A DNA stretch of 64,000 nucleotides from Abditibacterium sp. (GCA_965246885.1 OZ251992.1:1760001-1824000), one strand, 5' to 3'. Counted from the first letter of the stretch, positions 18,932 through 28,201 are shown. The notes: a model not told the origin generated them from the letters alone. Translations and numbers: made by a program.

Positions 18932-19705
18932 ATGACCGACGCCCACATCCTCATCCCCGCGCGCTATGCTTCGACGCGCTTCCCCGGCAAGCCGCTCGCC
19001 GACCTCGGCGGCCAAACCGTCCTCGCCCGCGTCGTGCGTGCCGCCCTCCGTAGCCGCGCCGCGTGGCCCGTTTATGTGGCGACCGACGACGCGCGCATCG
19101 CCGCCGAAGTCGCGGCGCACTTCTCGCCCGACGCAGCCCGCACCGTGATGACTTCGCCCGACTGCCACACCGGAACCGACCGCTTGGCCGAAGCGGTTCG
19201 CGCGCTTGCATTGCCGCGCGCCGGGCGGCAAATCATCGTCAACGTCCAAGGCGACGAGCCGTTTCTCGACCCGCGCCATGTGGACGTGCTGCTTGACTTG
19301 ATGGGCGCGCAACCCGACCTGCGCATGGCCACCCTCGCCACGCCGCTTTCCGACGCGGCGCAGTTCCACGACTCCAACGTCGTCAAAGTCGTAGTGTCGG
19401 GGCACCGCGCCTTGTATTTCTCGCGCGCGCCCATCCCCCACGACCGCGATGGAAGCGCACGCGCCCTTCCGCTTCGCCACTTGGGAATCTATGCTTACGA
19501 GGCGAATTGGCTCTTGGAAATGGCGGCGCTCCCGCCCTCGGCGCTCGAAGAAGTCGAACGCTTGGAGCAACTGCGCGCCCTCGAAGCGGGCATCGCCATC
19601 GGCGTGGCCGTCGTTGGGGATGTCGTGCCGATTGCCATAGACACGCCGGAAGACTTGGCGCGGGCGCAGGCGTTCTTGGCAGGCGCCGCGTCGTCGGAGG
19701 TTTAA
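18932..19705 (+). CDS. kdsB: 3-deoxy-manno-octulosonate cytidylyltransferase
   Basis: IPARYASTRFPGKPL, VNVQGDEP, ALYFSRAPIP, HLGIYAY, LEQLRALE, IDTPEDL. Confidence 0.95.
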   Translation: MTDAHILIPARYASTRFPGKPLADLGGQTVLARVVRAALRSRAAWPVYVATDDARIAAEVAAHFSPDAARTVMTSPDCHTGTDRLAEAVRALALPRAGRQIIVNVQGDEPFLDPRHVDVLLDLMGAQPDLRMATLATPLSDAAQFHDSNVVKVVVSGHRALYFSRAPIPHDRDGSARALPLRHLGIYAYEANWLLEMAALPPSALEEVERLEQLRALEAGIAIGVAVVGDVVPIAIDTPEDLARAQAFLAGAASSEV

Positions 19706-19716
19706 ACTTGTCTCCT

Positions 19717-20946
19717 ATGCAACACCACAAGCACTCCCTTCCCAACGGCCTTGCCATCGTTGGCGAACACAACCCCGACGCGCGCTCTTTGGCGATGGGC
19801 TTCTTCGTCCAAACCGGCGCGCGCGACGAAAGCGACGAAGTGTCGGGCGTTTCCCACTTCCTCGAACACATGATGTTCAAAGGTACTGCCCAACGCTCCG
19901 CCGAAGAAGTCAACCGCCACTTCGACGAAATGGGCGCCCGCTACAACGCCTTCACGAGCGAGGAAGAGACGGTCTACTACGGCGCCGTCTTGCCCGAATT
20001 TCAGGACAAACTGCTCGACCTGCTCGCCGACATGATGCGCCCCGCTCTACGCGACTCCGACTTCGACATGGAGAAGAACGTCATTTTGGAGGAGATTGCC
20101 ATGTATCAAGACCGCCCGACGTTTCGCGTCTTCGACTTGGGCCGCGAGTCGTATTTCTCCGGGCACGCGCTGGGCAACTCCGTGTTGGGGTCGGCGCAGT
20201 CCATCGCCGCCTTGGAGCGCGACCAGATGCAGGAGTATTTCGGGCGCCGCTACGCCGCCAATAACCTGACTCTTGTGATGGTCGGCAACTACAACTGGGA
20301 GGAAGCCGTCGCCGGGGCGGAGCGGTTGTGCGGGAGTTGGAACACCGCCGAGTCTCCCCGCGAGCACGCCGCTTTCGCCGCGCAACCCAAGGTCGTCGTG
20401 GATAAAACCGACAAGTTCAACCGCGCCCACATCGCCCTCTTCGCGCCCGGATTCGCCGCGCAAGACCCGCAACGCATGGCCGCTTCGGTCGCGTGCGAGG
20501 TCATCGGCGCGGGGCAAGGCTCGCGCTTGTACTGGGCGCTTGTCCACAACGGCCTCGCGGAAGCGGCGCAGTTGGGCCACGACGCCAACGACGGCGAAGG
20601 CGCCTTTTACGGCTATTTGCTCGTTGACCCCGCGCGCGCGCAAGAAGCCCTCAACGCTTTCCGCGCCACCCTCAACACGGCCTGCGCCGACGGTTTGTCG
20701 GTCGAAGAAGTCGAGCGCGCCAAGCGCCGCTTCGCTTCTTCCATGACGCTTTCCGCCGAAACGCCAATGGGACGCCTGCGCCCCGTCGGAATGGACTGGA
20801 TGCTGCGCCGCCAACAGCGCGCGCCCGAAGACGCCCTGCGCGAACTGCTCGCCGTCACCCCCGAAGAAGTCAACGCCATCCTCCATACCATGCCCTTCGA
20901 GTTGGCAACCGTCGCCGCTTTGGGGCCGGTGGCGGAGTTGGTTTAA
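19717..20946 (+). CDS. M16 family (pitrilysin-like) metallopeptidase
   Basis: inverted zinc motif HFLEH in GVSHFLEHMMFKGT; NAFTS. Confidence 0.93.
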   Translation: MQHHKHSLPNGLAIVGEHNPDARSLAMGFFVQTGARDESDEVSGVSHFLEHMMFKGTAQRSAEEVNRHFDEMGARYNAFTSEEETVYYGAVLPEFQDKLLDLLADMMRPALRDSDFDMEKNVILEEIAMYQDRPTFRVFDLGRESYFSGHALGNSVLGSAQSIAALERDQMQEYFGRRYAANNLTLVMVGNYNWEEAVAGAERLCGSWNTAESPREHAAFAAQPKVVVDKTDKFNRAHIALFAPGFAAQDPQRMAASVACEVIGAGQGSRLYWALVHNGLAEAAQLGHDANDGEGAFYGYLLVDPARAQEALNAFRATLNTACADGLSVEEVERAKRRFASSMTLSAETPMGRLRPVGMDWMLRRQQRAPEDALRELLAVTPEEVNAILHTMPFELATVAALGPVAELV

Positions 20947-20966
20947 GCAGAGAAAACGAGGAAATC

Positions 20967-21194
20967 ATGTCCATCACCATCGAAAACCCGACCGCCGAAA
21001 CGATTCTCGCCGCGCTGCGCGATGTCCCCGCCGGAGAAGTCGAGCGTTTGCGCACCCTTCTCAATGCCCGCTCCATCATGGACGACCCGACTTACAGCAG
21101 CAGTTGGAGCGAGGAGGACTTCCGCGACCTCGACCGCTACACCGCGCGCCTGATAGACGAACGCTTCGGCCCGGAGGAAGCCAACTATGATTGA
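20967..21194 (+). CDS. small acidic protein, putative antitoxin
   Basis: 75 aa with RBS GAGG; WSEEDFRDL C-terminal half; overlaps the start of a toxin-like remnant. Confidence 0.6.
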   Translation: MSITIENPTAETILAALRDVPAGEVERLRTLLNARSIMDDPTYSSSWSEEDFRDLDRYTARLIDERFGPEEANYD

Positions 21195-21300
21195 ACAGGA
21201 TGAAGCGACCATCATCGGGCGTCTCTCCGATGCCGATTGGGGCGAGGTGCAGGAGCGGCTCAGGCGCGCGTTGGCCATTTGGCCTGCGCCCGTTGTCTAA
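21187..21300 (+). pseudogene. remnant resembling the C-terminus of a PemK/MazF-family toxin
   Basis: MIEQDEATIIGRLSDADWGEVQERLRRALAIWPAPVV*; IGRLS..DW.EV..RL..AL resembles the last helix of PemK-like toxins. Confidence 0.55.
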
Positions 21301-22196
21301 ATCCCCCGCCCCCAGTTCCAGCCGATATCGAGCAACAGGGCGGCGTTCCAGCCCATGAAGAACAGGCTCGCGGCCCACGCCGGATACGGCTTGTCGCGCC
21401 ACAGAAAGATAGCATCAACCGCAAAGCCGAGCGCGCCCAGCAACAAAAGCGGCGGCAAATACGGCTTGGAATGGAGCGACAACGCGAGCGCGCTTTCCGC
21501 CAACATCAGCGCGACGATAATCCCCTTGGTTGGCAGGGCGCCCAGCGCGACGGCGGTGGTGGTGCGGTGGGCGCGCGCGTCCGGGGCGATGTCGAGTATC
21601 TGCCCGAATCCGTGCGAGTGCATGGCGAACAACGCGCCGAAAACATACAACTGCCAAGGTGATACCGCGCCGCGTCCCCAGTCGGCGAGCACGAACACGA
21701 GCAAGTAGCCGATCTGCGACGCCATATCCAACAAGGGCCGGTCTTTGGTGCGGAGCGGCGGGAAGTTGTAGATGGCCGTTGCGCCCAACACCGCCGCGAA
21801 CCATACGACGGCTTTCGGGCCAAGCAGCGCCCAAAACGCCAGCAGAAACGGCACTTGCACGAGCGTGATAATCCAAGGCAAGCGCCGAATCTGCGCCGCC
21901 GTCGGCCTTGCACCGAAGAGGAACGAGTCTTTGCGCGGATTCAGCGCGTCGGTCGCGGTGTCGGTCAGGTCGTTGGCGGCGTAGATGGCCATGCCGAGCG
22001 GAAACCCGACATACAGCAGCCCCAACCACAACGCGCCGTCGAAGCGTGCCCGTCCTTCGCCCAACGGCAGCAAAAAGAACCACACCGACGTGAGCCAAAA
22101 GCCGGGCCGCGCGGCTTTGACCCAAAACAAAAGCTCGCGCCCGACGTGCAGCAGGGACAATGGGCGCGCAGTTCGGGCGAGGGGGTGGGCTTTCAT
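21297..22196 (-). CDS. UbiA family prenyltransferase
   Basis: ARPGFW, NDLTDTATDALNPRK, YNFPPLRTK, QILDIAPD; multiple TM segments. Confidence 0.85.
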   Translation of the reverse strand: MKAHPLARTARPLSLLHVGRELLFWVKAARPGFWLTSVWFFLLPLGEGRARFDGALWLGLLYVGFPLGMAIYAANDLTDTATDALNPRKDSFLFGARPTAAQIRRLPWIITLVQVPFLLAFWALLGPKAVVWFAAVLGATAIYNFPPLRTKDRPLLDMASQIGYLLVFVLADWGRGAVSPWQLYVFGALFAMHSHGFGQILDIAPDARAHRTTTAVALGALPTKGIIVALMLAESALALSLHSKPYLPPLLLLGALGFAVDAIFLWRDKPYPAWAASLFFMGWNAALLLDIGWNWGRGI

Positions 22197-22272
22197 CGCT
22201 CTCTCCTCCAGATGCCACGCGGTTTACCCTTTCCGCGCGCCGAAAGAAAGCGGCTTTTGGACATCGCTGTGC

Positions 22273-23067
22273 CTACGCCCCGACGCGCCGCTCGCGGACT
22301 TGGAACTCGTGGATGGCGCGGCGCAGTTCTTTCGGCGCGAACTCTGGCCACAGCGTGTTGGTAATCCAAAGCTCCGCGTAGGCAATTTGCCAAGGCAGGA
22401 AGTTGGAAATGCGCATTTCGCCGCCGGTGCGAATCATCAGGTCGGGTTCGGGCAAATCGCCGGTGTAAAGCGCGCGCGAAATCGCTTCCTCGGTCACTTC
22501 CTCGATGCGCAGCAACCCCTCTTGCACGCGCGCGATAAGGTTCTTGAAAGCGTCCGCGATTTCCGCGCGCCCGCCGTAGTTGAGCGCGAGGTTGAGCACC
22601 AATCCGGTGTTGTGGAGGGTCGTCGTCGTGCACTCGTCCAGTTGGCGCAACAGGTATTCCGGCAATCCTTCCCTGCGCCCGATGTGGCGAATCTGCACGT
22701 TGTTGCGTTGCATGCGCGGCAGTTGGTCTTTGAGTTGGTGGGTGATCAGCCGCATCAAACCGGAGACTTCGGCGTGCGAGCGCTTCCAGTTTTCGGTCGA
22801 GAAGGTGTAAAGCGTCAAGGCGCGCAAGCGCAAATCCACGCACTCTTGGATGATGTTTTGGGTGGTGTTGGCGCCGATGGTGTGGCCGCGAATCGCCAGC
22901 CAGCCCTGCTGCTTCGCCCAGCGCCGGTTGCCGTCCATAATGATGGCGATGTGCTGCGGCAGATGCGCTAAATCGAGTTCGGGGTCGCCTTCGCCGTGAG
23001 GATCGGCGTGGCCGTTGGGGTGAGCAAAGGAGTCGGTTTTCACGGCAGTAGGGGAACGCAAGAACAT
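22273..23067 (-). CDS. uppS: undecaprenyl diphosphate synthase (isoprenyl transferase)
   Basis: HIAIIMDGNRRWA, FSTENWKR, LNYGGR, PDLMIRTGGEMRISNFL; start uncertain (TTG 23076 possible). Confidence 0.95.
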   Translation of the reverse strand: MFLRSPTAVKTDSFAHPNGHADPHGEGDPELDLAHLPQHIAIIMDGNRRWAKQQGWLAIRGHTIGANTTQNIIQECVDLRLRALTLYTFSTENWKRSHAEVSGLMRLITHQLKDQLPRMQRNNVQIRHIGRREGLPEYLLRQLDECTTTTLHNTGLVLNLALNYGGRAEIADAFKNLIARVQEGLLRIEEVTEEAISRALYTGDLPEPDLMIRTGGEMRISNFLPWQIAYAELWITNTLWPEFAPKELRRAIHEFQVRERRVGA

Positions 23068-23087
23068 CAGAAGCAACGACCCCCAGT

Positions 23088-23330
23088 TTAGCCGGACGCG
23101 CGCGGCTTTTCCGCCCTCGCCTCGCCCACCAATTCGTTGCCCACCAATAACTCGACTTTTCCCGCCCCCACTTCGCGCGCGCGCAAGACGCGCTCGCCGC
23201 CCCAATGCGGCGTGTAGCCGCGCGGAAAGAACGGCGGCGCGCTGGAAACGACGCGCGCGGAAATCCCCTGCGCGCGCAACTCTTCCAGCGCGGTTTCAAC
23301 GGGAAGCGCAAGTAACGAGGCGAAGTTCAT
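23088..23330 (-). CDS. small hypothetical protein between frr and uppS
   Basis: 80-aa ORF tightly packed in the frr-uppS operon. Confidence 0.6.
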   Translation of the reverse strand: MNFASLLALPVETALEELRAQGISARVVSSAPPFFPRGYTPHWGGERVLRAREVGAGKVELLVGNELVGEARAEKPRASG

Positions 23331-23345
23331 GGCGCGAGCGCAGCC

Positions 23346-23903
23346 CTACACCTCCATGATCTCGGCTTCTTTGGCTTTGCCGATTTTCTCGACTTCGGCG
23401 ATCATCTTGTCGGTCGTCTTTTGCACGTCGGCCTTAAAGCGCGCGAGGTCGTCCTTGGAAATCTCGCCGTCTTTTTCCATCCGTTCCAAATCTTTGTTGG
23501 CGTCTTGGCGGATGTTGCGGACGGCGATTTTGTGCGCTTCGACCTTTTTGCTCGCTTGCTTGACCATGTCCTTGCGGCGCTCCGTCGTGAGCAGGGGAAC
23601 CGATACGCGCACCGATTTACCGTCGGCCACAGCCGTGACGCCCAAGTCCGTTTTGGAAATGGCGTTGGCGATGGCGCCGACGACGCCCGCATCGTAGGGC
23701 GTAATGAGCAACAAGCGCGCGTCGGGCACGGTGATTTGGCCCATTGTCTTGAGCGGCGTCGGGGTGCCGTAATACTCGACCATCACTTTGTCGAGCAGGG
23801 CAGGCGTCGCGCGTCCGGTGCGCAGGGTGGACAAGTCGGAGTGAAGGTCTTCTACCGCGCGCTGCATGCGCGCTTGGGCTTCGGAGGCAATGGTTTGTGG
23901 CAT
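23346..23903 (-). CDS. frr: ribosome recycling factor
   Basis: LRTGRATPALLD, YYGTPTPL, LTTERRK, AVRNIRQDA. Confidence 0.97.
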   Translation of the reverse strand: MPQTIASEAQARMQRAVEDLHSDLSTLRTGRATPALLDKVMVEYYGTPTPLKTMGQITVPDARLLLITPYDAGVVGAIANAISKTDLGVTAVADGKSVRVSVPLLTTERRKDMVKQASKKVEAHKIAVRNIRQDANKDLERMEKDGEISKDDLARFKADVQKTTDKMIAEVEKIGKAKEAEIMEV

Positions 23904-24038
23904 GGGAACTCGCTTCGAGAGCTTAAAAGGTTAACAAAGCCTCTCCACCGCGACACACTCAGAGTGCGGGGAAGCCTTCGTGGGCGAATTGGCTAATACT
24001 ACAAAGCATGCGAGTCCGTTGGCGCCGATAGACAAGCT

Positions 24039-25079
24039 ATGAAGATTTTCATTGCAACCGTGAGAGACGAAAGCTGGAGCCGCGAGATGATCGAGCGTTT
24101 TCACTCGCTGGCGGCGCGTGACCGTTTTGGGGTTCATGCCCTCGTTCCCGACGCCGAAAGTGCCGACATCATTTTATTCGTGGACTTACATCAATTCCAC
24201 TTGGATTGGCAGTTGAAGCAGCTACGCCGCCACCCGCTCGTCCAGCGCTTTGGCACCAAAATCATGGTCTACGACGAGCGCGACCGGCCTTTCTGCATTT
24301 TTCCCGGTCTCTACGTGAGCATGCCTAAGACCTACTTCGATGTTTCGCGGCAAAGGGCGTGCTCGTATTCCTACCTCAAGAACGAGTTGGTGCAACCCGT
24401 CGCTTCCGAGCCTGACCTCCTCTTTTCTTTTCAGGGCGCCAGCACGCACTCCTCGCGACGCACGATTTTCACTTTGTCCCACCCCCGCGCCGTCATCGAA
24501 AACACGAGTGCTGTCAACTTCTTTGAGGGGCCGGAGATGGCGGCCAACGAAGAATACCAGACCCGCGTCAGGCTGCAAAAGGAGCGCTACAAAGAAATCG
24601 TGGCGCGCTCGAAATTCGTGCTGTGCCCGCGCGGTTGGGGCGTGTCGTCGTTTCGTTTGTTTGAAACCCTCGCCGCCGGGCGGGTGCCGGTCATCGTTTC
24701 CGACGAGTGGGTCGCGCCGCGCGGCCCGGATTGGGACGCATGCTCGGTTCGCATCCAAGAAAGCGATGTCCTGAACTTGGCCCGCATCCTCGAAGCGCGC
24801 GAAGCGCAGTGGCCCGTCATGGCGCAAAACGCGGCGGACACTTTCCGCGCTTGGTTCGCCGCCGATGTTTTGTTTCATCGCATGATGGACGACTGCCAAG
24901 ACCTGCTTCAGCACGCTCCATTGGGGCCGCGCAGCTTGTCGGTCATCGGCGGCGGCTACCGGGCGAGCGGTTGGCTCAGTTGTTTCGAGGAGCGCACGCG
25001 GGGGCAACTCAGCGCACGGCGCCATGAACTCAAAGAAAAGCTCAAGCGGCGCTCAAGCGGCTCGGCGCAGGCCAACTGA
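24039..25079 (+). CDS. exostosin-like (GT47) glycosyltransferase
   Basis: LLFSFQG, SKFVLCPRGWG.SSFRLFETLAAGRVPVIVSD. Confidence 0.8.
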   Translation: MKIFIATVRDESWSREMIERFHSLAARDRFGVHALVPDAESADIILFVDLHQFHLDWQLKQLRRHPLVQRFGTKIMVYDERDRPFCIFPGLYVSMPKTYFDVSRQRACSYSYLKNELVQPVASEPDLLFSFQGASTHSSRRTIFTLSHPRAVIENTSAVNFFEGPEMAANEEYQTRVRLQKERYKEIVARSKFVLCPRGWGVSSFRLFETLAAGRVPVIVSDEWVAPRGPDWDACSVRIQESDVLNLARILEAREAQWPVMAQNAADTFRAWFAADVLFHRMMDDCQDLLQHAPLGPRSLSVIGGGYRASGWLSCFEERTRGQLSARRHELKEKLKRRSSGSAQAN

Positions 25080-25122
25080 AAACGGCGCCGGAAGCGGGGC
25101 GGGTTCCTAAACTGGCGCCCCG

Positions 25123-26301
25123 ATGAGAATCGCTTTGTTTGCCAGCGCCTTTCACCCCAGTTTGGGCGGCGTCGAAGAGTTGGTGCGCCAACTCGCGCAC
25201 GCGTTGAAGCGGGGCGGACACGACGCTTTCGTCGTTACCGAACGCTGGCCGCGCATCCTTCCTGCTTTTGAAGAATACGAAGGGTTGCACCTCTACCGTT
25301 TTCCTTTTCGCACCCTCGCGGGCGGCTCTCCCCTCAACGTCGCGCGCTCTGCCGCGTCTTTGGCGCTGACTGGCGCGTCCATTCGCCGCGAAGTCGCCGC
25401 CACTCTTGCCAAAGAGCGCGCCGATGTGGTGCATGTTCAATGCGTCAGTAACAATGCCCGCTACGCGCAAGGCGCCGCCAAAACTTTGGGGTTGCCTTTG
25501 GTTGTCACCCTGCAAGGCGAACTGACAATGGACGCCACGCAGCTTTACCAAAGGAGCGAAGCCGCGCGCCAACTGATGCGAAACGCCCTGCGCGGCGCCG
25601 ATTTTATCACCGGTTGTTCGGGCCAAACCGTCCGCGAAGCCGAAGAGTTTCTGGGCGAGCCGTTTGGCAGTCGCGGGCAAGTCGTGTTCAACGGCATCCG
25701 TTTGTCCGACTTCGAGGGCGTCGCGCCGTATCCGCACCCGCGCCCGTATATCCTCGGCATCGGGCGTCATGTCCCGCAAAAAGGCTTCGATGTTCTGCTC
25801 CGCGCCTTCGCGCGTTTGGTCGGGGAAGGCGATGCCACGACCGATTTGCTGCTGGCGGGCGACGGCGCCAATCACGAAGAACTCAAAGCCCTCAGCGCCT
25901 CGTTGGGATTGGATGGTCGCGCGCATTTCGTCGGGCGCGTTGACCGCGCTAAGGCGGTTTCCCTCTTCAATGGCAGCGCGTTTTTCGTGCTCCCGTCGCG
26001 CCATGAGCCGATGGGCATCGTGAACTTGGAAGCGATGGCGGCGGGCAAAGCCGTCGTCGCCAGTCGCGTGGGCGGCGTCCCGGAACTCGTGACCGACGGG
26101 CAAAACGGCTTGCTGGTCGAACCCGACAACGTCGCGGCGCTCCATTTGGCCTTGCAAACCCTCGTGCGCAACCCAACCGAAGCCGCGCGTTTGGGAGCCA
26201 ACGGCGCGCAAAGCGTGCGCGCCTTCGATTGGGACGCCATCGCCGCCCAATATCTCGACGTGTACAACCGCGCCAAGGCGACGCACACCGCGCGCCGTTA
26301 G
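25123..26301 (+). CDS. glycosyltransferase family 4
   Basis: GGVE, NGI, GRHVPQKGFD, LPSRHEPMGIVNLEAMAAGKAVV. Confidence 0.93.
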   Translation: MRIALFASAFHPSLGGVEELVRQLAHALKRGGHDAFVVTERWPRILPAFEEYEGLHLYRFPFRTLAGGSPLNVARSAASLALTGASIRREVAATLAKERADVVHVQCVSNNARYAQGAAKTLGLPLVVTLQGELTMDATQLYQRSEAARQLMRNALRGADFITGCSGQTVREAEEFLGEPFGSRGQVVFNGIRLSDFEGVAPYPHPRPYILGIGRHVPQKGFDVLLRAFARLVGEGDATTDLLLAGDGANHEELKALSASLGLDGRAHFVGRVDRAKAVSLFNGSAFFVLPSRHEPMGIVNLEAMAAGKAVVASRVGGVPELVTDGQNGLLVEPDNVAALHLALQTLVRNPTEAARLGANGAQSVRAFDWDAIAAQYLDVYNRAKATHTARR

Positions 26302-26864
26302 CCGGTGGGAGCGCATCCCGCGACGGCCAAGCGTTGTCGCGTGACGGCCAAGCGTTGTCGCGTGACGGCGGAGCGTTGTCGCGTGACGGCGGAGCGTTGT
26401 CGCGTGACGGCGGAGCGTTGTCGCGTGACGGCGGAGCGTTGTCGCGTGACGGCGGAGTTGTAGGGCTGGCCTTTCGCTGTGTTGAGCACGCGTCTCGCAT
26501 AATTCAGCGTGCTTCTCCCCCTATTTAGCTGGCCTTTCGTGCGATACAGCATGGCCTTCACGGTGTTCGGAGCGGCGGCGGAAGCTCTCATCGCGTCGGC
26601 GGGGGTCTGTAGCGCGTCGGCGGCCCTTTGTTTCTTGCCCCTCGCATCATTTAGCACGCCCCTCGCATCGTTTAGCATGACTTTCGCCCTGCTTAGCTTG
26701 CCCCTCGCGCAATTTAGCATGACTTCCGGGGTGCTTAGCTTGACGGTGGAGGTTTGTTGCTCGACGGTGGGGGTACGGATCGAAGAAACAAGGGGCCACA
26801 GGCAAGCTACAAGGGGCGACAGACGTAGTGAAAAAGGCAACAGACGCCCTTTTTGTCTCCACAA
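26298..26864 (-). CDS. possible heptad-repeat (coiled-coil-like) protein; may be non-coding repeat DNA
   Basis: 188 codons open; LSTPEVM LNCARGK LSRAKVM LNDARGV LNDARGK ... RQRSAVT repeats. Confidence 0.3.
   Translation of the reverse strand: MWRQKGRLLPFSLRLSPLVACLWPLVSSIRTPTVEQQTSTVKLSTPEVMLNCARGKLSRAKVMLNDARGVLNDARGKKQRAADALQTPADAMRASAAAPNTVKAMLYRTKGQLNRGRSTLNYARRVLNTAKGQPYNSAVTRQRSAVTRQRSAVTRQRSAVTRQRSAVTRQRLAVTRQRLAVAGCAPTG
26319..26460. repeat. 21-bp tandem repeat CGTGACGGC(GG/CA)AGCGTTGTCG, about 7 copies; degenerate 21-nt periodicity continues to about 26850
   Basis: units start at 26319, 26340, 26361, 26382, 26403, 26424 and 26445 with no spacers. Confidence 0.9.
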
Positions 26865-27207
26865 GCGCCTTTCTTGCCCTCAGTTACGAAAATAGAATTG
26901 ATTCGGCGCGAGCGCAACTGTTATTAGTCGCGCACAATATCCCCGCTGTCGCCAAAAACGGGCGGGCGGGGCCGCGCAACGTCGCGCGCGTTTCGTTTAA
27001 AATGCTCCCCGTGCCCACACGAAGCTCCGCGCCTGAACTGCAACCCTTGAAAGCCTCGCTCCAATTGGGGAGCGTCGGGCGAGTTGCCGCGACGGGCGCC
27101 GTGAGTGTGCCGATGGCCCGCCCCATCTTCGCCGCGTCCTACCCCAATGAATTGGCAACCGCAATCGAAACTTCGTCGGGCGTGCCGCGTGCTCGGAGGG
27201 GGAACTG

Positions 27208-27702
27208 ATGCTGCGCAACGGCACCGCGCCGCCCGCTTTTCTGCTCCCTGATTCGGATGGGCGCCCGCGTTCGCTGGATGAACTGCGCGCCGAAAAGCCG
27301 CTCGTCGTGCTCTTTTTTCGCGGCGCCTTTTGCGCAACGGCGCGCCGCGATCTGCTGGCGTGGGGCGACCTCTATGAACGCATCGGCTGGCTCGGCGCGG
27401 GCTTGGTTGGGGTGAGTGTGGACGCGCCCGATGAACTGGCGCGCTTGCGAAACACTCTGCAACTGCCCTTTGACTTGCTCAGCGACAGCGACTTCAGCAT
27501 TTCGCGTGCGTGGGGCATCTACGAATCGGATGAAACCGACGCAGGCCCGCAACCGCACGGCGAACCGGGCACCTTCGTCCTCGACCGCAAAGGGAACTTG
27601 GCTTATTCGCAACCCCAAAGCGGCCCCAAAGGAGCCGCCAGCGCCAATGAAATCCTGCTCATGCTCCAGTTGATGAACCGGCAGGACGGCTTTTATTGGT
27701 AA
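27208..27702 (+). CDS. AhpC/TSA peroxiredoxin-like protein
   Basis: APPAFLLPD, LFFRGAFCATA (single Cys), LLSDSD, PGTFVLDRKG. Confidence 0.85.
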   Translation: MLRNGTAPPAFLLPDSDGRPRSLDELRAEKPLVVLFFRGAFCATARRDLLAWGDLYERIGWLGAGLVGVSVDAPDELARLRNTLQLPFDLLSDSDFSISRAWGIYESDETDAGPQPHGEPGTFVLDRKGNLAYSQPQSGPKGAASANEILLMLQLMNRQDGFYW

Positions 27703-27713
27703 AGCCCCGGCAC

Positions 27714-28151
27714 TTACAGCGCGGGGGCAACCTCAATCAGTTCGCCGACGACAAGTGGGGCGCGTTTTTGTTCGAGGGCGTCGCGGCGGTCAATGGCGGC
27801 GACTTCGCGGACTGTCTTTCCTTCGCGGCGCAAAATCGCAGCAAGCGAAGCGACGCAATCTTGCATCGCCGCCGTGCCGCCACTCAGGTTGACGACGTTC
27901 CGCTCTTCGCCCGACGCCGCCAAAAAACGGGCGAGCAAGCGCCCTTCGGCAAAGCCCGCAAGGGGATCGCCCAAGACGTGCGTCTCGAACTCGAAGTTGG
28001 AGTGAAAAAAGCGCGCGGCGTCTAAGGCCGTGCCCAAAGCGGCGATGGCTTCGACCGAGGTGACGACCACCACGCGGTCGGGGCGCGTTAGCAAAATGGC
28101 GGAATACAGCGTGCCGTAGTTAAGTCCCAACGGGGAAAACAAGACTTTCAT
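27714..28151 (-). CDS. stand-alone CARF-domain-like (Rossmann-fold) protein
   Basis: KVLFSPLG beta1-Gly loop, PDRVVVVTS beta2 and VVNLSGGT matching CARF motif II (N/D-x-S/T-G-G); 145 aa with no effector domain. Confidence 0.65.
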   Translation of the reverse strand: MKVLFSPLGLNYGTLYSAILLTRPDRVVVVTSVEAIAALGTALDAARFFHSNFEFETHVLGDPLAGFAEGRLLARFLAASGEERNVVNLSGGTAAMQDCVASLAAILRREGKTVREVAAIDRRDALEQKRAPLVVGELIEVAPAL

Positions 28152-28172
28152 CGGAAAAGTTCGGAAAGTGGA

Positions 28173-28201
28173 TTGACAGGCGCTGCGGTGTTGCTTATAA
28201 T
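28173..28201 (+). promoter_or_regulatory. perfect-consensus sigma70 promoter for the rtcB leader
   Basis: TTGACA-N17-TATAAT. Confidence 0.85.

Noticed and set aside
26319..26460. CRISPR array
   Set aside because: The 21-bp units are contiguous with no unique spacers, and there is no cas gene set in the window.
26828..27208. 126-aa ORF upstream of the peroxiredoxin-like gene
   Set aside because: It starts inside repeat DNA and has no recognisable motif; the stop/start overlap alone is not enough to call it.
28178..28196. Sigma54 promoter for rtcB (AGGCGC...TTGC)
   Set aside because: GG to GC spacing is 12 nt rather than the required 10, and the same bases form a perfect sigma70 promoter.
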